From contig PBAU01000003.1 in the NCBI GenBank assembly GCA_002716355.1, positions 8,597 to 72,596 of the forward strand: 64,000 nucleotides of DNA, written 5' to 3'. The position numbers and the translations under genes are program-made. Of the stretch, positions 48,705 to 59,468 are shown in pieces (position 1 is the first letter of the stretch; the number at the start of each line of letters is the position of its first letter). The DNA is from a bacterium (GTDB lineage Bacteria; UBP7; UBA6624). The notes beneath the pieces were generated by a model. That model had not been told where the DNA came from. It ran no database searches and worked only from the letters and a program-made list of their open reading frames with translations.

Positions 48705-49369
48705 TTAACAATGTTTCCATCTAAGATTTTTATTGTTTTGTCGGTTCTTTTTGATATCTCAGGATCATGAGTTACAAGAATAACAGTAATGCCTCTTTGT
48801 TTTTGTTCTTCTAGTATCTTTAATATCTCTTCACCGGTTTTGCTATCAAGGTTACCTGTAGGCTCATCAGCAAGTATTATTTCCGGATCATTAACTAAAG
48901 ATCTTGCTATTGCAACTCTTTGCATCTGTCCACCGGATAATTCATTGCTTTTATGGCTTGCCCATCTTTTTAGCCCGACTAAATCTAAGTATTTCATTGC
49001 TTTCTCTTTTTTTTGCTTATTATTTTTCCTTGAATAAGCAAGAGGCAATGCGACGTTTTCCCAAGCCGTGCTTCCCTGCAGGAGATGAAAGCTTTGAAAG
49101 ACAAAGCCAATTTTTTGATTCCTTAAAACAGCTAGCTTGTTGCTGTTGTGTCTGTTTATGTTCTTTCCATCTAAAAGATAGTTTCCTTTTGTTGGCTTGT
49201 CTAAAAGGCCTATTATGTGCATTAAAGTGCTTTTCCCAGATCCTGAAGGGCCTATGATGGAAAGGCTTTCACCTTTTTCTATCTTTAGGTCAACACCCCT
49301 AAGAGCTTCAAAAGATATTTTTCCTGTTTTGTAAGTTTTTGATATTCCTTCAAGCTCAATTAGAGACAT
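48701..49369 (-). CDS. ABC transporter ATP-binding protein (MacB/LolD-like)
   Basis: Walker A GPSGSGKST, signature LSGGQMQR, Walker B ILADEPT. Confidence 0.9.
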   Translation of the reverse strand: MSLIELEGISKTYKTGKISFEALRGVDLKIEKGESLSIIGPSGSGKSTLMHIIGLLDKPTKGNYLLDGKNINRHNSNKLAVLRNQKIGFVFQSFHLLQGSTAWENVALPLAYSRKNNKQKKEKAMKYLDLVGLKRWASHKSNELSGGQMQRVAIARSLVNDPEIILADEPTGNLDSKTGEEILKILEEQKQRGITVILVTHDPEISKRTDKTIKILDGNIVK

Positions 49370-49374
49370 TGCTT

Positions 49375-50544
49375 TTAACGTCCGCGTCTTTTGCTTCCGG
49401 ATCCAATCATTTTCATTTCTAAATCTGCGGGAGGCCTGTTGACGACTTCGTCACCAATTTCCAAACCAGATAAAATTTCAACATTTTCATCACCAATTTT
49501 TCCCACAGTGACAGATTTTCTTTCAACAATGCCCTCTTCGTTATATTTCCAAACAAAAGTTTTAGACCCTTCAAATATGAGTGCAGTGTCGGGAAGTCCA
49601 ATTGCTTCAACTGATGAAACTACAAATCTTGCTTCTCCAGTCATCTTGGGAAGAAGCTTTTTTTCTGAATTGTCTATTCTCACTTCTATTTCATAATTAA
49701 TTATGCCCCCAGACTGAACACCCATAGGGTAAATTCTGTATAGAAAGCCATCAAAGGTTGAATCTGATTGGCTTTGAACCTGTATGCTGCATTTCATGTC
49801 TTCTTTAACGCTGCTGACTTCAGTTTCATCAACCAAGCCTAAAAATTTCATTGTTTTCATGTTTCCTATCACCAATAAGCTTGTTCCTCCGCCCATGCCA
49901 CCTGTTGCAGATGATACAGCAGAACCTTCTTCTATAAGAAGATTAAGCACGGTTCCGTCTACTGGAGCATATATAGTTGCGTTGTTTAGTTCTTCCTGAG
50001 CTTCATTGACCCTTTCTAGAACTTCTTGCAAATTTGCTTCTTGGATCTTTAGAGACAATCCTGCTCTCTTGAATCTCTCTTCAGCTTGAAGGAGCTCTTC
50101 TTCGGTTCCAAAACCCTTATCAACTAATTCTTCTGTTCTTGACAGGTTTCTCCTTGCTGATTCGAGTTCTAATTTTGAGGATTCCAAACTTGCTTCCGAT
50201 GAGGTTTTTGTTGCCAAGGCTTGATTCAGTCTTGAGTTTAAAAGTTTTTGGTCAAGTTTTATAAGCTCTTGGCCTTTTGTAACATTATCTCCTTTTTCAA
50301 CAAGAACCTCTGAGACAAGCCCAGAGGCTTCACTCTTCACTTCAACTTGAACAAGTGGCTCGATTGAGCCATATGCAACAACTGTTCTTTCTAAAGAGAT
50401 GTTTTCAACAGGTATTTTTTCAAGTGTAGAGAAATCAAAACTTTCTCCTTTTTCCCACGGGCTTGAGCATGACGACAAGGCTAAAATAAAAATAATAAAT
50501 AGTTTATTTCTCATTTTAGGGAACGATAATTTTTCTCTCTCCAC
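49375..50544 (-). CDS. HlyD-family periplasmic adaptor (membrane fusion protein) of the MacAB-like efflux system
   Basis: Lipoprotein-like N-terminus (LALSSCSS), long coiled-coil hairpin, beta-barrel C-terminus. Confidence 0.8.
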   Translation of the reverse strand: MEREKLSFPKMRNKLFIIFILALSSCSSPWEKGESFDFSTLEKIPVENISLERTVVAYGSIEPLVQVEVKSEASGLVSEVLVEKGDNVTKGQELIKLDQKLLNSRLNQALATKTSSEASLESSKLELESARRNLSRTEELVDKGFGTEEELLQAEERFKRAGLSLKIQEANLQEVLERVNEAQEELNNATIYAPVDGTVLNLLIEEGSAVSSATGGMGGGTSLLVIGNMKTMKFLGLVDETEVSSVKEDMKCSIQVQSQSDSTFDGFLYRIYPMGVQSGGIINYEIEVRIDNSEKKLLPKMTGEARFVVSSVEAIGLPDTALIFEGSKTFVWKYNEEGIVERKSVTVGKIGDENVEILSGLEIGDEVVNRPPADLEMKMIGSGSKRRGR

Positions 50545-50914
50545 CCTCTTTCATTCCTTCTTCTATGCTTTTGTTTACCTTTTGCATAAGTTTTTCGAAG
50601 TTCATTTGGGCAGCAATGAATTGCTGGTAAATTGGCTTTGCTTCAACTTTCATTTGAACGGCTTCCATTTTTTTCTTCAATTCTTCCGGTATTTCAGTAC
50701 CTCTAGACCTCATTCCAACAGCCTGATCCTGAAGAGCTTGCATCTGTCCTAGTAAAGCTTTCAAGTCCTCATCTTTCGACAATGAATCTTGTGCTCTCCT
50801 GATGCTTTTTGCTTCTTCAGACTGACCTAAGTTTATACCTAGGTTTTTTGCTTTTTCAAAAATCATATCCATAATTTGTTTATCATAATCTCTATTAGGA
50901 TAAAAACATGACAA
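50516..50914 (-). CDS. hypothetical protein, possibly YlbF/YmcA (UPF0342) family
   Basis: Helical, Q/E/K-rich pattern resembling YlbF (GTEIPEELKKKMEAVQ...VNKSIEE). Weak. Confidence 0.3.
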   Translation of the reverse strand: MSCFYPNRDYDKQIMDMIFEKAKNLGINLGQSEEAKSIRRAQDSLSKDEDLKALLGQMQALQDQAVGMRSRGTEIPEELKKKMEAVQMKVEAKPIYQQFIAAQMNFEKLMQKVNKSIEEGMKEGGERKIIVP

Positions 50915-52314
50915 CTGATATTAGATTTGGAACCGATGGGTGGAGAGCCGAGATAGGTTTTGGTTTTAATGAGGACAATCTAAAGAGGTTAATGCATTCG
51001 GTTGGGAAGAGAGTCAATGACATGGTTGATGGAAGGGCTCATGTCTGTGTTGGATATGACACTCGTTTTCAGGCTAAGGAATTTGCCTCTATCGCTGTGG
51101 AATGTTTGATTTCGGAAGGATGTCATGCTTTGCTGTCTCAGAATTTTTGCCCCACTCCAAGTTTGTCATTGGCTGTTATAAAAACTGAAGCAGATTTAGG
51201 TGTTCAGATTACAGCGAGCCATAACCCGCATACTTATTTGGGAGTCAAGCTGAAAGGCTCAAATGGAGGGCCTTTGCAGACAGGTATAGTTTCTCAAATA
51301 GAGTCTGAGATCGAACCAGAAGTCTTTGAAGACCCAGAGAAAAGATTAAGGCCCCATGTTCCAAAAGACTTTAATCAAATATATAGGGAAACAATAGAAA
51401 ATTTAATTGATTTTGATTTTTTGAAAAAAGATAAAAAGAATATTTATGTTGATTTTATGCATGGAGCTCAAATAGATTTATTTAAAAATATTTTTATAAA
51501 CTCGGGAAATATGAATATTTTCTATCTTAGAGATTCATTAGATTCAACTTTTGGTAATATCACTCCAGAGCCAATTCCATCAAATTTAAAAGTATTGTCG
51601 GATTCTGTTCTTGCTTCAAGAAAAGAGTCAATTGGCTTAGCTTTTGATGGTGATGGGGATAGATTTGCTTTTTGTGATGAGAGAGGTGAGGTTTTATGGC
51701 CACAGGAAACATTTGCAATTGTTGCTGATATTCTGATGAGGGAAGAAAAAGGTAATATAGCAAAAAGCCTTCCAACCTCTATCTGGCTGAACAGGTTAGC
51801 TAAAAAGTATAAAGTCGATATTTATGAGACACCTGTTGGTTTTAAATATCTTTCTGACTATCTTGACACAGGAAAGGCTTTAATTGCTGGAGAGGAGTCA
51901 GGTGGAGTTGGTTTCAGTTTTCACATTCCTGAAAGAGATGGTCTTTTAGCGTCTTTGAAGATAATTGAATATTTGGCTAAAGAGAAAAAAACATTGAGGT
52001 CTTTAAGAAAAGAGTTAAGAGCAAATCATGGTGATTTTCATTATGAAAGAAAAGATATGAAAGTTAGTGACTCTATTGTCGAGAATATAAAGAAGGATCC
52101 TGAGCAATATCTTTCGAAACTTTCAAAAGAATTTGGGGTTTCAAAAAAAGAAATAAACACTTCAGATGGGATTAAGTTAAATTTGAAAAATGATAATTGG
52201 GTTATGGCAAGAGCAAGTGGAACTGAACCTGTTTTAAGGCTTTATTGCGAGTCTGAGAAGAAAGACAATATATCTTCGATTTTTTCAAGATTGGAAAAAG
52301 TTTTATTTGAATAG
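50908..52314 (+). CDS. phosphoglucomutase/phosphomannomutase family protein
   Basis: Active-site phosphoserine motif ITASHNPHTY. Four-domain length (468 aa). Confidence 0.85.
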   Translation: MTTDIRFGTDGWRAEIGFGFNEDNLKRLMHSVGKRVNDMVDGRAHVCVGYDTRFQAKEFASIAVECLISEGCHALLSQNFCPTPSLSLAVIKTEADLGVQITASHNPHTYLGVKLKGSNGGPLQTGIVSQIESEIEPEVFEDPEKRLRPHVPKDFNQIYRETIENLIDFDFLKKDKKNIYVDFMHGAQIDLFKNIFINSGNMNIFYLRDSLDSTFGNITPEPIPSNLKVLSDSVLASRKESIGLAFDGDGDRFAFCDERGEVLWPQETFAIVADILMREEKGNIAKSLPTSIWLNRLAKKYKVDIYETPVGFKYLSDYLDTGKALIAGEESGGVGFSFHIPERDGLLASLKIIEYLAKEKKTLRSLRKELRANHGDFHYERKDMKVSDSIVENIKKDPEQYLSKLSKEFGVSKKEINTSDGIKLNLKNDNWVMARASGTEPVLRLYCESEKKDNISSIFSRLEKVLFE

Positions 52315-52983
52315 CCTGGCTGTTTCTAACTCATGCCAGTTTTCAAAGTCATCGTTGATACTTGAATGAAGCCAAAGAATTTTTTCTTCTGTGATTTTTA
52401 TTATGCTCGAAGAGCTTTTCGGCATGTAGTTATTTTTAAGGCTGCTTAAATCGAGGTTTTTTTTCATTTTTGTAACAAAGTTTGAAGATGTTAACTTTGA
52501 GCATTTTTCGGACATTGCCTTTATTCTTTTTGATTTTTTATCATTAATAAAACTGTTTGAAAGAAAATGCCTTCCCTTTTTTAAAATGGTTACCTTATCG
52601 CTTGTATTGTTTTTATAAAAAACATCTTTTAGGTTTCCAACAATTAAATTAAATCCGCCATATGTATTATTTTTTGTTTCTTCCTCAAGGTGCTTCAAGC
52701 AATCAGTGATGTTTTTTCTTGCAAGCATTTCTAAAACTAAAGTTCCTCTAGATTTTATTTTTGATTTACTTGACTCTCTGTTTGTCACAAGGCAAAAAAT
52801 TTTATTTTCATTTATGCCAAGCCATGTACCACCTTTCAGGCTGTCTATGCCAGCTATAATTTTTGTATTTCTGTGTATAAAAAAATCAGGATCTTTAAAG
52901 CTTCTTGAGGCAAGCTCTTCTCGATTAAATGCTATTGATATCGAATTGTCTAAATCTTTTATGAAGATTGTCGATATGCACAT
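52303..52983 (-). CDS. NRDE-family (TANGO2-like) protein
   Basis: Starts MC... with an N-R-E-E motif near residue 20 (IAFNREE) and GTWLGIN, typical of PF05742. Confidence 0.45.
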   Translation of the reverse strand: MCISTIFIKDLDNSISIAFNREELASRSFKDPDFFIHRNTKIIAGIDSLKGGTWLGINENKIFCLVTNRESSKSKIKSRGTLVLEMLARKNITDCLKHLEEETKNNTYGGFNLIVGNLKDVFYKNNTSDKVTILKKGRHFLSNSFINDKKSKRIKAMSEKCSKLTSSNFVTKMKKNLDLSSLKNNYMPKSSSSIIKITEEKILWLHSSINDDFENWHELETARLFK

Positions 52984-52985
52984 TT

Positions 52986-54683
52986 TTACAATTCATTCCA
53001 GCCTGGAACACCCTCTTGTGAAATATTGTTAATTGTTTTATTTATCTTATCGATTGTTTTTAGCCTGTCTTTCTTGGCTGACATTGAAACAATCCTTCTT
53101 TCCTCTTTTAGGTTTTTTAGGATTATCATTTTGATGATCTCTTCCATATCATATAAAGTTGTTTCTCTTTCAGATATTAGGCATTCTGCTATAAAGGATT
53201 TTTCTTCTCCTTCAAATTGTTTCATGATTAACTCTGGATCTGCTGAGTCAATTGTATTCATTACAAAATATATGTTTTTTATTTTTTGGCTCTGGAATTC
53301 ATTTACTTTGTATTTTTTAAAGATTTCAGAAACTATCTTCCATTTTGTTGGATTTTTGAAAAGGTATCTAAAAACTTCTTCCTCTTCTACGAGGAATTTG
53401 TTCTTTGTTGCTGTTTTGTTTTTTTGGTCATTGCTAGCTGATGTTTCTATCTCTGTTGTTACGAGATGTTTTGGCAGCATGAATTTTTGTGAGATTTTTT
53501 CTATTATTTGCTGTTTTGAAATCGATTCGTTCATATCCTTTATTAGTGGTTTTATTTTTTCAATTGCTCGTTGTTTCGAGATTTCAGTTTTTAGATTGTT
53601 TTCTTCTTCTATTATCTGGTTTAAATAAAAATCCAATGCATCTTGTTTTGTTGCTAGATCCCATCCCTTTTTACCCTCCTCTTTAAGCCATTCATCAGGA
53701 TCTTTTTTTCGTGGAGGTATGACCACAAGTGGCTCTATTCCAGCCTTGAGCAGTCTTCCGATTGCTTTGCTTGCTGCAATCAGGCCTTTGTCATCTCCAT
53801 CCATAACAACTACAGCTTTATCTTTGACCCTCTTCACCATGTAGGCATGATCTTCAGAGAATGCTGTTCCCATCGATGCAACAGCGCCTTTTATTCCCTC
53901 TTTTTCAAACCTCAAGACATCAGACTGGCCTTCACATAGTATCAATGGCCCTTTGCTTTTTTTGGCATTATGCCAGTTGTATAAAAGTTGACTTTTTTTA
54001 AATATTTCAGATTCAATTGAATTTTTGTATTTTGCTATTTTTTTGTTTTTATCGTTTAATATTCTTGCGGAAAATCCACGTATCCTGCCAATATTATCTC
54101 TTATCGGAAAAGATATTCTTCCAGCAAGTGGCTCCCATTTATTTTTTGCCTTTGAGATTAAGCCGACTTCCAGGAATATTTTTTTTTCTAGGTTTGTTTT
54201 TTTAAGAATGTAACTTTTTAATAATTGCCCTTGTGGAGGAAAGGCTCCAATTCCATATTCTTTACACCACTGATGATCAAAACCTCTTTTCTCCATATAG
54301 TCTCTAAAGGGTTTACCATAATCTGAATCCTGGAACACCTTAATCAACCAATCATTTAAATTTTCAAGAACTTCAAAATATGACTTTTTTGATTTTTCTC
54401 TTTTCCCCGTTAGTTGAATATTGTGTTTTTCAGCTAGATAATGTAAAGCTTCACTAAAGTCAAGATTTTGTTTTTCTTGTATAAATTTGAATATATCACC
54501 AGAGGCGCCACATGCAAAGCAGTTGTACAAACCTTTATCCTCGCTTACTGAGAAAGAAGGATTTTTATCATTATGGAATGGACATAGTCCAGTCCAGCTA
54601 GAGCCTGTTTTTTTTAGTTTGGTATATTCGCTTATTGTGTCAACAATAGAAACTTCATTACGAATTTTTTCTCTATCGTCCAT
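52986..54683 (-). CDS. dnaG: DNA primase
   Basis: CHC2 zinc finger (CPFHNDKNPSFSV...CFACGASGD). TOPRIM (EGQSDV, DGDDKG). Confidence 0.9.
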   Translation of the reverse strand: MDDREKIRNEVSIVDTISEYTKLKKTGSSWTGLCPFHNDKNPSFSVSEDKGLYNCFACGASGDIFKFIQEKQNLDFSEALHYLAEKHNIQLTGKREKSKKSYFEVLENLNDWLIKVFQDSDYGKPFRDYMEKRGFDHQWCKEYGIGAFPPQGQLLKSYILKKTNLEKKIFLEVGLISKAKNKWEPLAGRISFPIRDNIGRIRGFSARILNDKNKKIAKYKNSIESEIFKKSQLLYNWHNAKKSKGPLILCEGQSDVLRFEKEGIKGAVASMGTAFSEDHAYMVKRVKDKAVVVMDGDDKGLIAASKAIGRLLKAGIEPLVVIPPRKKDPDEWLKEEGKKGWDLATKQDALDFYLNQIIEEENNLKTEISKQRAIEKIKPLIKDMNESISKQQIIEKISQKFMLPKHLVTTEIETSASNDQKNKTATKNKFLVEEEEVFRYLFKNPTKWKIVSEIFKKYKVNEFQSQKIKNIYFVMNTIDSADPELIMKQFEGEEKSFIAECLISERETTLYDMEEIIKMIILKNLKEERRIVSMSAKKDRLKTIDKINKTINNISQEGVPGWNEL

Positions 54684-56008
54684 TAAAAAGTTATATTACC
54701 ACTATTTCTGTTAAGCTCTTCCCCTTCTAAAAATTCAAGATTTGTTTTATGGCTATTTATACCGTTTAGCATTACCTCTAAACTTTCAACTGCGTCTAAG
54801 GATGAGAGCATTCTTCTCAGCTTCCATATTTTCCTTAATTCTTCATCTTGGTAAAGCAACTCTTCATGCCTTGTTGAGGATTTGTTGATGTCAACAGCTG
54901 GATAAAGCCTTCTGTTCGCTAATCCTCTATCGAGATGAACTTCAAGGTTTCCAGTTCCTTTAAACTCTTCATATATTATGTCGTCGAGTTTAGAGCCGGT
55001 ATCAACAAGAGCTGTTGCAATTATTGTTAAAGATCCTCCGTTTTCTATGTTTCTTGCAGAGCCAAAAAATCTTTTTGGCTTGTAAAGACTTGCAGGATCC
55101 AAACCACCAGATAGTGTTCTTCCACTTGAGTTGACTGTTAGGTTATAGGCTCTTGCTAGTCTTGTTATTGAATCAAGCAGTATCACAACGTCTTTGTCCT
55201 GTTCAGCAAGACTTTTAGCGTGTTCTATTACAAGTTCAGCAACATGGGTATGGTTTTCAGGCCTTTCGTCAAATGTGCTTGATATCACTTCACCATCTAT
55301 CGATCTTTCAAAATCTGTAACCTCTTCAGGTCTTTCGTCAATAAGTAATGCAAAAAGCTTTACATTTGGATGATTTTGAGATATTGAATCAGCTATGTCC
55401 TTAAGTATTGTTGTTTTTCCAGCTTTTGGAGGTGATACTATTAAGGCTCTTTGCCCTAGGCCTATAGGTGCAATAATGTCAATGATCCTAGCTGTAGTTT
55501 TTAAAGGAGTTGTTTCGAGTCGAATTCTTTCATTTGGATAGATAGGTGTAAGTTTTTCGAATGTTTTTCTGTTTTTAATGTATTGGTATGGAGATGATGA
55601 TCCATTTATAGAAACTATATCAATTGCAGCAGCATGTTTTTCTTTTTTCGCTCTTCTTGGAGGAGTTACTTTCACTTCTACAATGTCACCTGTTTTTAGT
55701 TTAAATTTATTTTTTATTAATTGAGGAATGAATACGTCTTCTGAGCCTTGATTCCATTTGTTAACTCTTATAAAACCATGCCTTTCTGTCAAATCAACAA
55801 TGCCAGTTCTGTTTTTCAAAGGTTCAATTCTTTTTTCTTCCTTTTTAGTCTTTTCTTCCTTTTTAACTATCATGCTTTTGTTTATTTCTTTGATCAATTC
55901 AAGCTTGGTAGCTTTTTTGTCATGTTCTATATTTTTAGACTCTGCAATGGCTTTTAGTTCCGAGACTTTCATTGATTCAAGTTTTTCTTTATTGAAATTT
56001 TCTTCCAT
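54683..56008 (-). CDS. rho: transcription termination factor Rho
   Basis: N-terminal RNA-binding domain. RecA-like ATPase with Walker [17 protein letters not shown]. Confidence 0.9.
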   Translation of the reverse strand: MEENFNKEKLESMKVSELKAIAESKNIEHDKKATKLELIKEINKSMIVKKEEKTKKEEKRIEPLKNRTGIVDLTERHGFIRVNKWNQGSEDVFIPQLIKNKFKLKTGDIVEVKVTPPRRAKKEKHAAAIDIVSINGSSSPYQYIKNRKTFEKLTPIYPNERIRLETTPLKTTARIIDIIAPIGLGQRALIVSPPKAGKTTILKDIADSISQNHPNVKLFALLIDERPEEVTDFERSIDGEVISSTFDERPENHTHVAELVIEHAKSLAEQDKDVVILLDSITRLARAYNLTVNSSGRTLSGGLDPASLYKPKRFFGSARNIENGGSLTIIATALVDTGSKLDDIIYEEFKGTGNLEVHLDRGLANRRLYPAVDINKSSTRHEELLYQDEELRKIWKLRRMLSSLDAVESLEVMLNGINSHKTNLEFLEGEELNRNSGNITF

Positions 56009-56009
56009 A

Positions 56010-56537
56010 TCATTTCCTCACTTTTTGTAAATGTCTTATTTCTTTTAGGTTTCTAAATTTTTGATTGATATCAAGGCCATATCCAACTAGGTAATTATCC
56101 TTTATTTGAAAACCTTGGTAGTCAATTTTTATATTCTCTTTTTCTATACTGGATCTCTTAAGAAAACAGGCAATTTTTACCGAAGCTGGACCTCTCGCAA
56201 GTAGCATTTTTTTCAGGTAATTTAGCGTCAAGCCCGTATTTGTTATGTTTTCTAGAAGGATTACATGCTTCCCCTCTATGGAGATGTCAATATCTTTTTT
56301 TATTTGAACTTGGCCCGTAGAGCTTTTGCCTTCAAATTCTGAAATTGATAAAAAATCCATTTCGCAGTCAGGTTTTATCTGCTTCATGAGATCTGAAGCA
56401 AACATGAAGCTTCCCTTCAATATGGATATAAAGCATATGTTTTTATTGACGTAATCATTATTTATCTCCTGAGCAATATCATTAACTCTTTCTAGTATCT
56501 CGCTTTCAGAAAAAAGAACTTCGCCAATTTTATTCAT
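56010..56537 (-). CDS. hpt: hypoxanthine-guanine phosphoribosyltransferase
   Basis: PRPP-binding motif VILLENITNTGLTL. 175 aa. Confidence 0.85.
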   Translation of the reverse strand: MNKIGEVLFSESEILERVNDIAQEINNDYVNKNICFISILKGSFMFASDLMKQIKPDCEMDFLSISEFEGKSSTGQVQIKKDIDISIEGKHVILLENITNTGLTLNYLKKMLLARGPASVKIACFLKRSSIEKENIKIDYQGFQIKDNYLVGYGLDINQKFRNLKEIRHLQKVRK

Positions 56538-56681
56538 GGTTTTTTATGTGTTAAAGGTGGTAAACGTAGTGTTTATTTTTTTTGATGTATCTATATTCTA
56601 CATATAAAAGCTTCAAACTTCTATAAAGCCACATCTTAGCAAGTATTCAAAAGTTCGATCATAAAATTTTGGAAGCCTTGT

Positions 56682-58241
56682 TTACTCCCACTCGATAGTT
56701 GATGGTGGTTTTGTTGACACATCATATACGCAGCGATTTATGCCGTTTACCTCATTCATTATTCTGCTTGACATTTTTCTTATAAGGCTCCATGGAAGCT
56801 CTGGAAAGTCACATGTCATACCATCAACGCTTGTCACGGCACGTATGGCGCATAAGTGTTCATATGTTCTGCCATCACCCATTACGCCTACTGTTTTCAG
56901 GTCTGTAAGAACTGCAAAGTATTGCCAAACTTCTTCTTCAAGTATTGTGCTTTCTATTTCTTTTCTTACTATCTCATCAGCCTCTTGCAGGATTCTTAAT
57001 TTTTCATTCGTTATTTCGCCAATAATTCTTATTGCAAGGCCAGGGCCAGGAAAAGGTTGCCTGTATGCCATTTCTTCTGGTATTCCTATCTCTATTGCAA
57101 CCTTTCTAACCTCATCTTTGAAAAAATACCTTAAAGGTTCAACTAATTTAAACTTCATATCTTCTGGAAGCCCACCAACATTGTGGTGAGTTTTTATTGT
57201 TGAGCTTGGTCCACCTTTAGGGTCAAAAGATTCAATTACATCAGGATATAGCGTTCCTTGTGCAAGGTATTTTATATCCTGTCTTTCTTTTGAAAAATCC
57301 TCAAACACCCTTATAAATGACTCTCCAATTATTTTTCTTTTTTCCTCTGGATTGGTTATCCCTTTTAGTTTAGATAGAAATAATTCTGATGCATCAATAA
57401 CATTTAATTCAATATTGAAAAACTTAAATGCATTTTCGACCTCTTGCCTTTCATTTTTTCTGAGCAGGCCATGATCTATAAAAACACATGTTAGATTGTC
57501 TCCAATTGCTTTATGTATTAGCACCGCTGTTGTCACGCTGTCCACACCACCAGAAAGAGCGCATAAAACTTTTTCATCTTGGACTTCTTTCTTTATGTTT
57601 CTGATTGCCATCTTGCTTACTGATTCAGGAGTCCATGTTTTTTTACATCCTGCAACTTCTGAAGTGAAATTTTCAAGCAGATCTTTTCCCCAGACTGTAT
57701 GTGTTACCTCTGCATGAAATTGAATTCCATAAAGTTTTTTCTCTTTATTCTCAAAAGATGCAATAGGTATGTTTTTTGACCTTGCTAATGTTTCAAAACC
57801 TTCAGGAAGTCCTTTTACAAGATCTTTATGGCTCATCCAGCATACAAGATCTTCTTGAAGACCCTCAAAGAGTTTGTTTTCTTTTGTGACATTGATCTGG
57901 GTGCTTCCGTATTCGCTTTTTTCTCCAGGCTCAACAATCCCGCCCATTTCTTGTGCCATAAGTTGCATCCCATAGCATATTCCGAGTATAGGTATGTTTA
58001 GACTCCAGATATCTTTGTCGATTTTTGGGGAATTCTTTTCATGGACAGAGTCAGGGCCTCCTGAGAGTATTATGGCCTTTGGGGATCTTGCAGTGATTTC
58101 TTTTGCGGAGATCGTGTGTGGTTTTATTTCACAATATATATTTTGCTCTCTGATTCTTCTTGCTATCAGTCTTGCATACTGCGCCCCAAAGTCAATGATG
58201 ATAACCAGATCGTCAATTGGTTTTTTGTCCTGAATCTTCAC
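56682..58241 (-). CDS. guaA: GMP synthase (glutamine-hydrolysing)
   Basis: GATase1 (GICYGMQ), PP-loop SGGVDS, conserved C-terminal dimerisation domain ending ...TIEWE. Confidence 0.95.
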   Translation of the reverse strand: MKIQDKKPIDDLVIIIDFGAQYARLIARRIREQNIYCEIKPHTISAKEITARSPKAIILSGGPDSVHEKNSPKIDKDIWSLNIPILGICYGMQLMAQEMGGIVEPGEKSEYGSTQINVTKENKLFEGLQEDLVCWMSHKDLVKGLPEGFETLARSKNIPIASFENKEKKLYGIQFHAEVTHTVWGKDLLENFTSEVAGCKKTWTPESVSKMAIRNIKKEVQDEKVLCALSGGVDSVTTAVLIHKAIGDNLTCVFIDHGLLRKNERQEVENAFKFFNIELNVIDASELFLSKLKGITNPEEKRKIIGESFIRVFEDFSKERQDIKYLAQGTLYPDVIESFDPKGGPSSTIKTHHNVGGLPEDMKFKLVEPLRYFFKDEVRKVAIEIGIPEEMAYRQPFPGPGLAIRIIGEITNEKLRILQEADEIVRKEIESTILEEEVWQYFAVLTDLKTVGVMGDGRTYEHLCAIRAVTSVDGMTCDFPELPWSLIRKMSSRIMNEVNGINRCVYDVSTKPPSTIEWE

Positions 58242-59395
58242 TTAGCCTGGCCGACACCATCTACAAATTGATAATGTTTGCCTTCATCTTTTAGTGATGG
58301 ACAATGGACCACAGTTGCTTTTTGCATTTCTTGAATATTTATAGCCCCCACCATACCCATCGAATTTTTCAAACCGCCTATAAGGTTTAATGTGCCATCA
58401 TCCCTATCGCTTGGGCCAAAGAATAATTTTTCAAGTTCAACCATGTTTTTAACAGAGACTCTTGTCCCTCTAGGTAGATTGGGGTCCTGTGTCGCCATTC
58501 CCCAATGGTATCCTTCTCCTGGGGTTTCTTTTAAACCGCTAAAGCAGCTTCCTAACATTACAGCGTCTGCACCAGAAGCAATAGCTTTTGATATTTCCCC
58601 ACCTTTTCTCATGCCTCCATCAGTGATTATGGATACATATTTTCCTGTTTTTTCAAAATGAACATCTCTTGCTTTGCAGCAGGACATTGTTGCTGTGACT
58701 TGCCCAACCCCTACTCCAGTGACAGCTCTTGTAGTGCATGCTGCACCAGGCCCTATACCAACTAATATTCCGGCAGGCCCTGTTTGCATAAGTTCATAAG
58801 CTACATCCTGAGTCACACAGTTTCCTAGCACAACAGGAATTTCTATTCTTGCTATAAAGTCTTTGAGGTTCAAAGAGATTTTACCTCTATGGTTAGAGCT
58901 TATTACTGTTGCTTGTATGAAAATAACATCAGCACCTGCATCTCTTGCTAAAAAACCCAACCTTTCTGCATTTGCTGGTGTTACGCTAACTGCTGCATCG
59001 ATTCCTTTGTTTTTTAGCTCTTGCACCCTTAATGAAACAAGTTCTTCCTTTATGGGTTCAGCATAAAATTTTTGAATCACCTTTATGGCCTCTTGTGAAT
59101 TGCATGAGGTTATTTTGTTGAAAGCTTCAGTTGGATTTTCGTATTTTGTCTGTAAGCCTTCAAGGTTTAAAACGCCCATTGAGCCAACTTTAGATAGCCT
59201 TGAAGCAAAATTAACATCAACAGCTGAATCCATGGCGCTTGCAATTATTGGGATTTTTAATTTTGATTTGCCGATTTTTACAGAGGTGTCAACGTCTTTT
59301 GGATCCAAGGTGCTCAATCCTGGAAGTATTGAAACATCATCAAAACCATAAGTTGCTTGAAGTTGTGGTAAGAAGCTTTCTTTTAAATTTTCCAT
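58238..59395 (-). CDS. guaB: IMP dehydrogenase family protein lacking the CBS subdomain (GuaB-like)
   Basis: Catalytic loop VGIGPGAACTTR and GGMRKGGEISKA. 385 aa. Confidence 0.8.
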   Translation of the reverse strand: MENLKESFLPQLQATYGFDDVSILPGLSTLDPKDVDTSVKIGKSKLKIPIIASAMDSAVDVNFASRLSKVGSMGVLNLEGLQTKYENPTEAFNKITSCNSQEAIKVIQKFYAEPIKEELVSLRVQELKNKGIDAAVSVTPANAERLGFLARDAGADVIFIQATVISSNHRGKISLNLKDFIARIEIPVVLGNCVTQDVAYELMQTGPAGILVGIGPGAACTTRAVTGVGVGQVTATMSCCKARDVHFEKTGKYVSIITDGGMRKGGEISKAIASGADAVMLGSCFSGLKETPGEGYHWGMATQDPNLPRGTRVSVKNMVELEKLFFGPSDRDDGTLNLIGGLKNSMGMVGAINIQEMQKATVVHCPSLKDEGKHYQFVDGVGQAK

Positions 59396-59468
59396 ATTTA
59401 TAAAAATCCGAGACGCACTAACTCTTGTTTTTGGGCAAGTGCTATGATTTTCTAGATTATATATTGAT

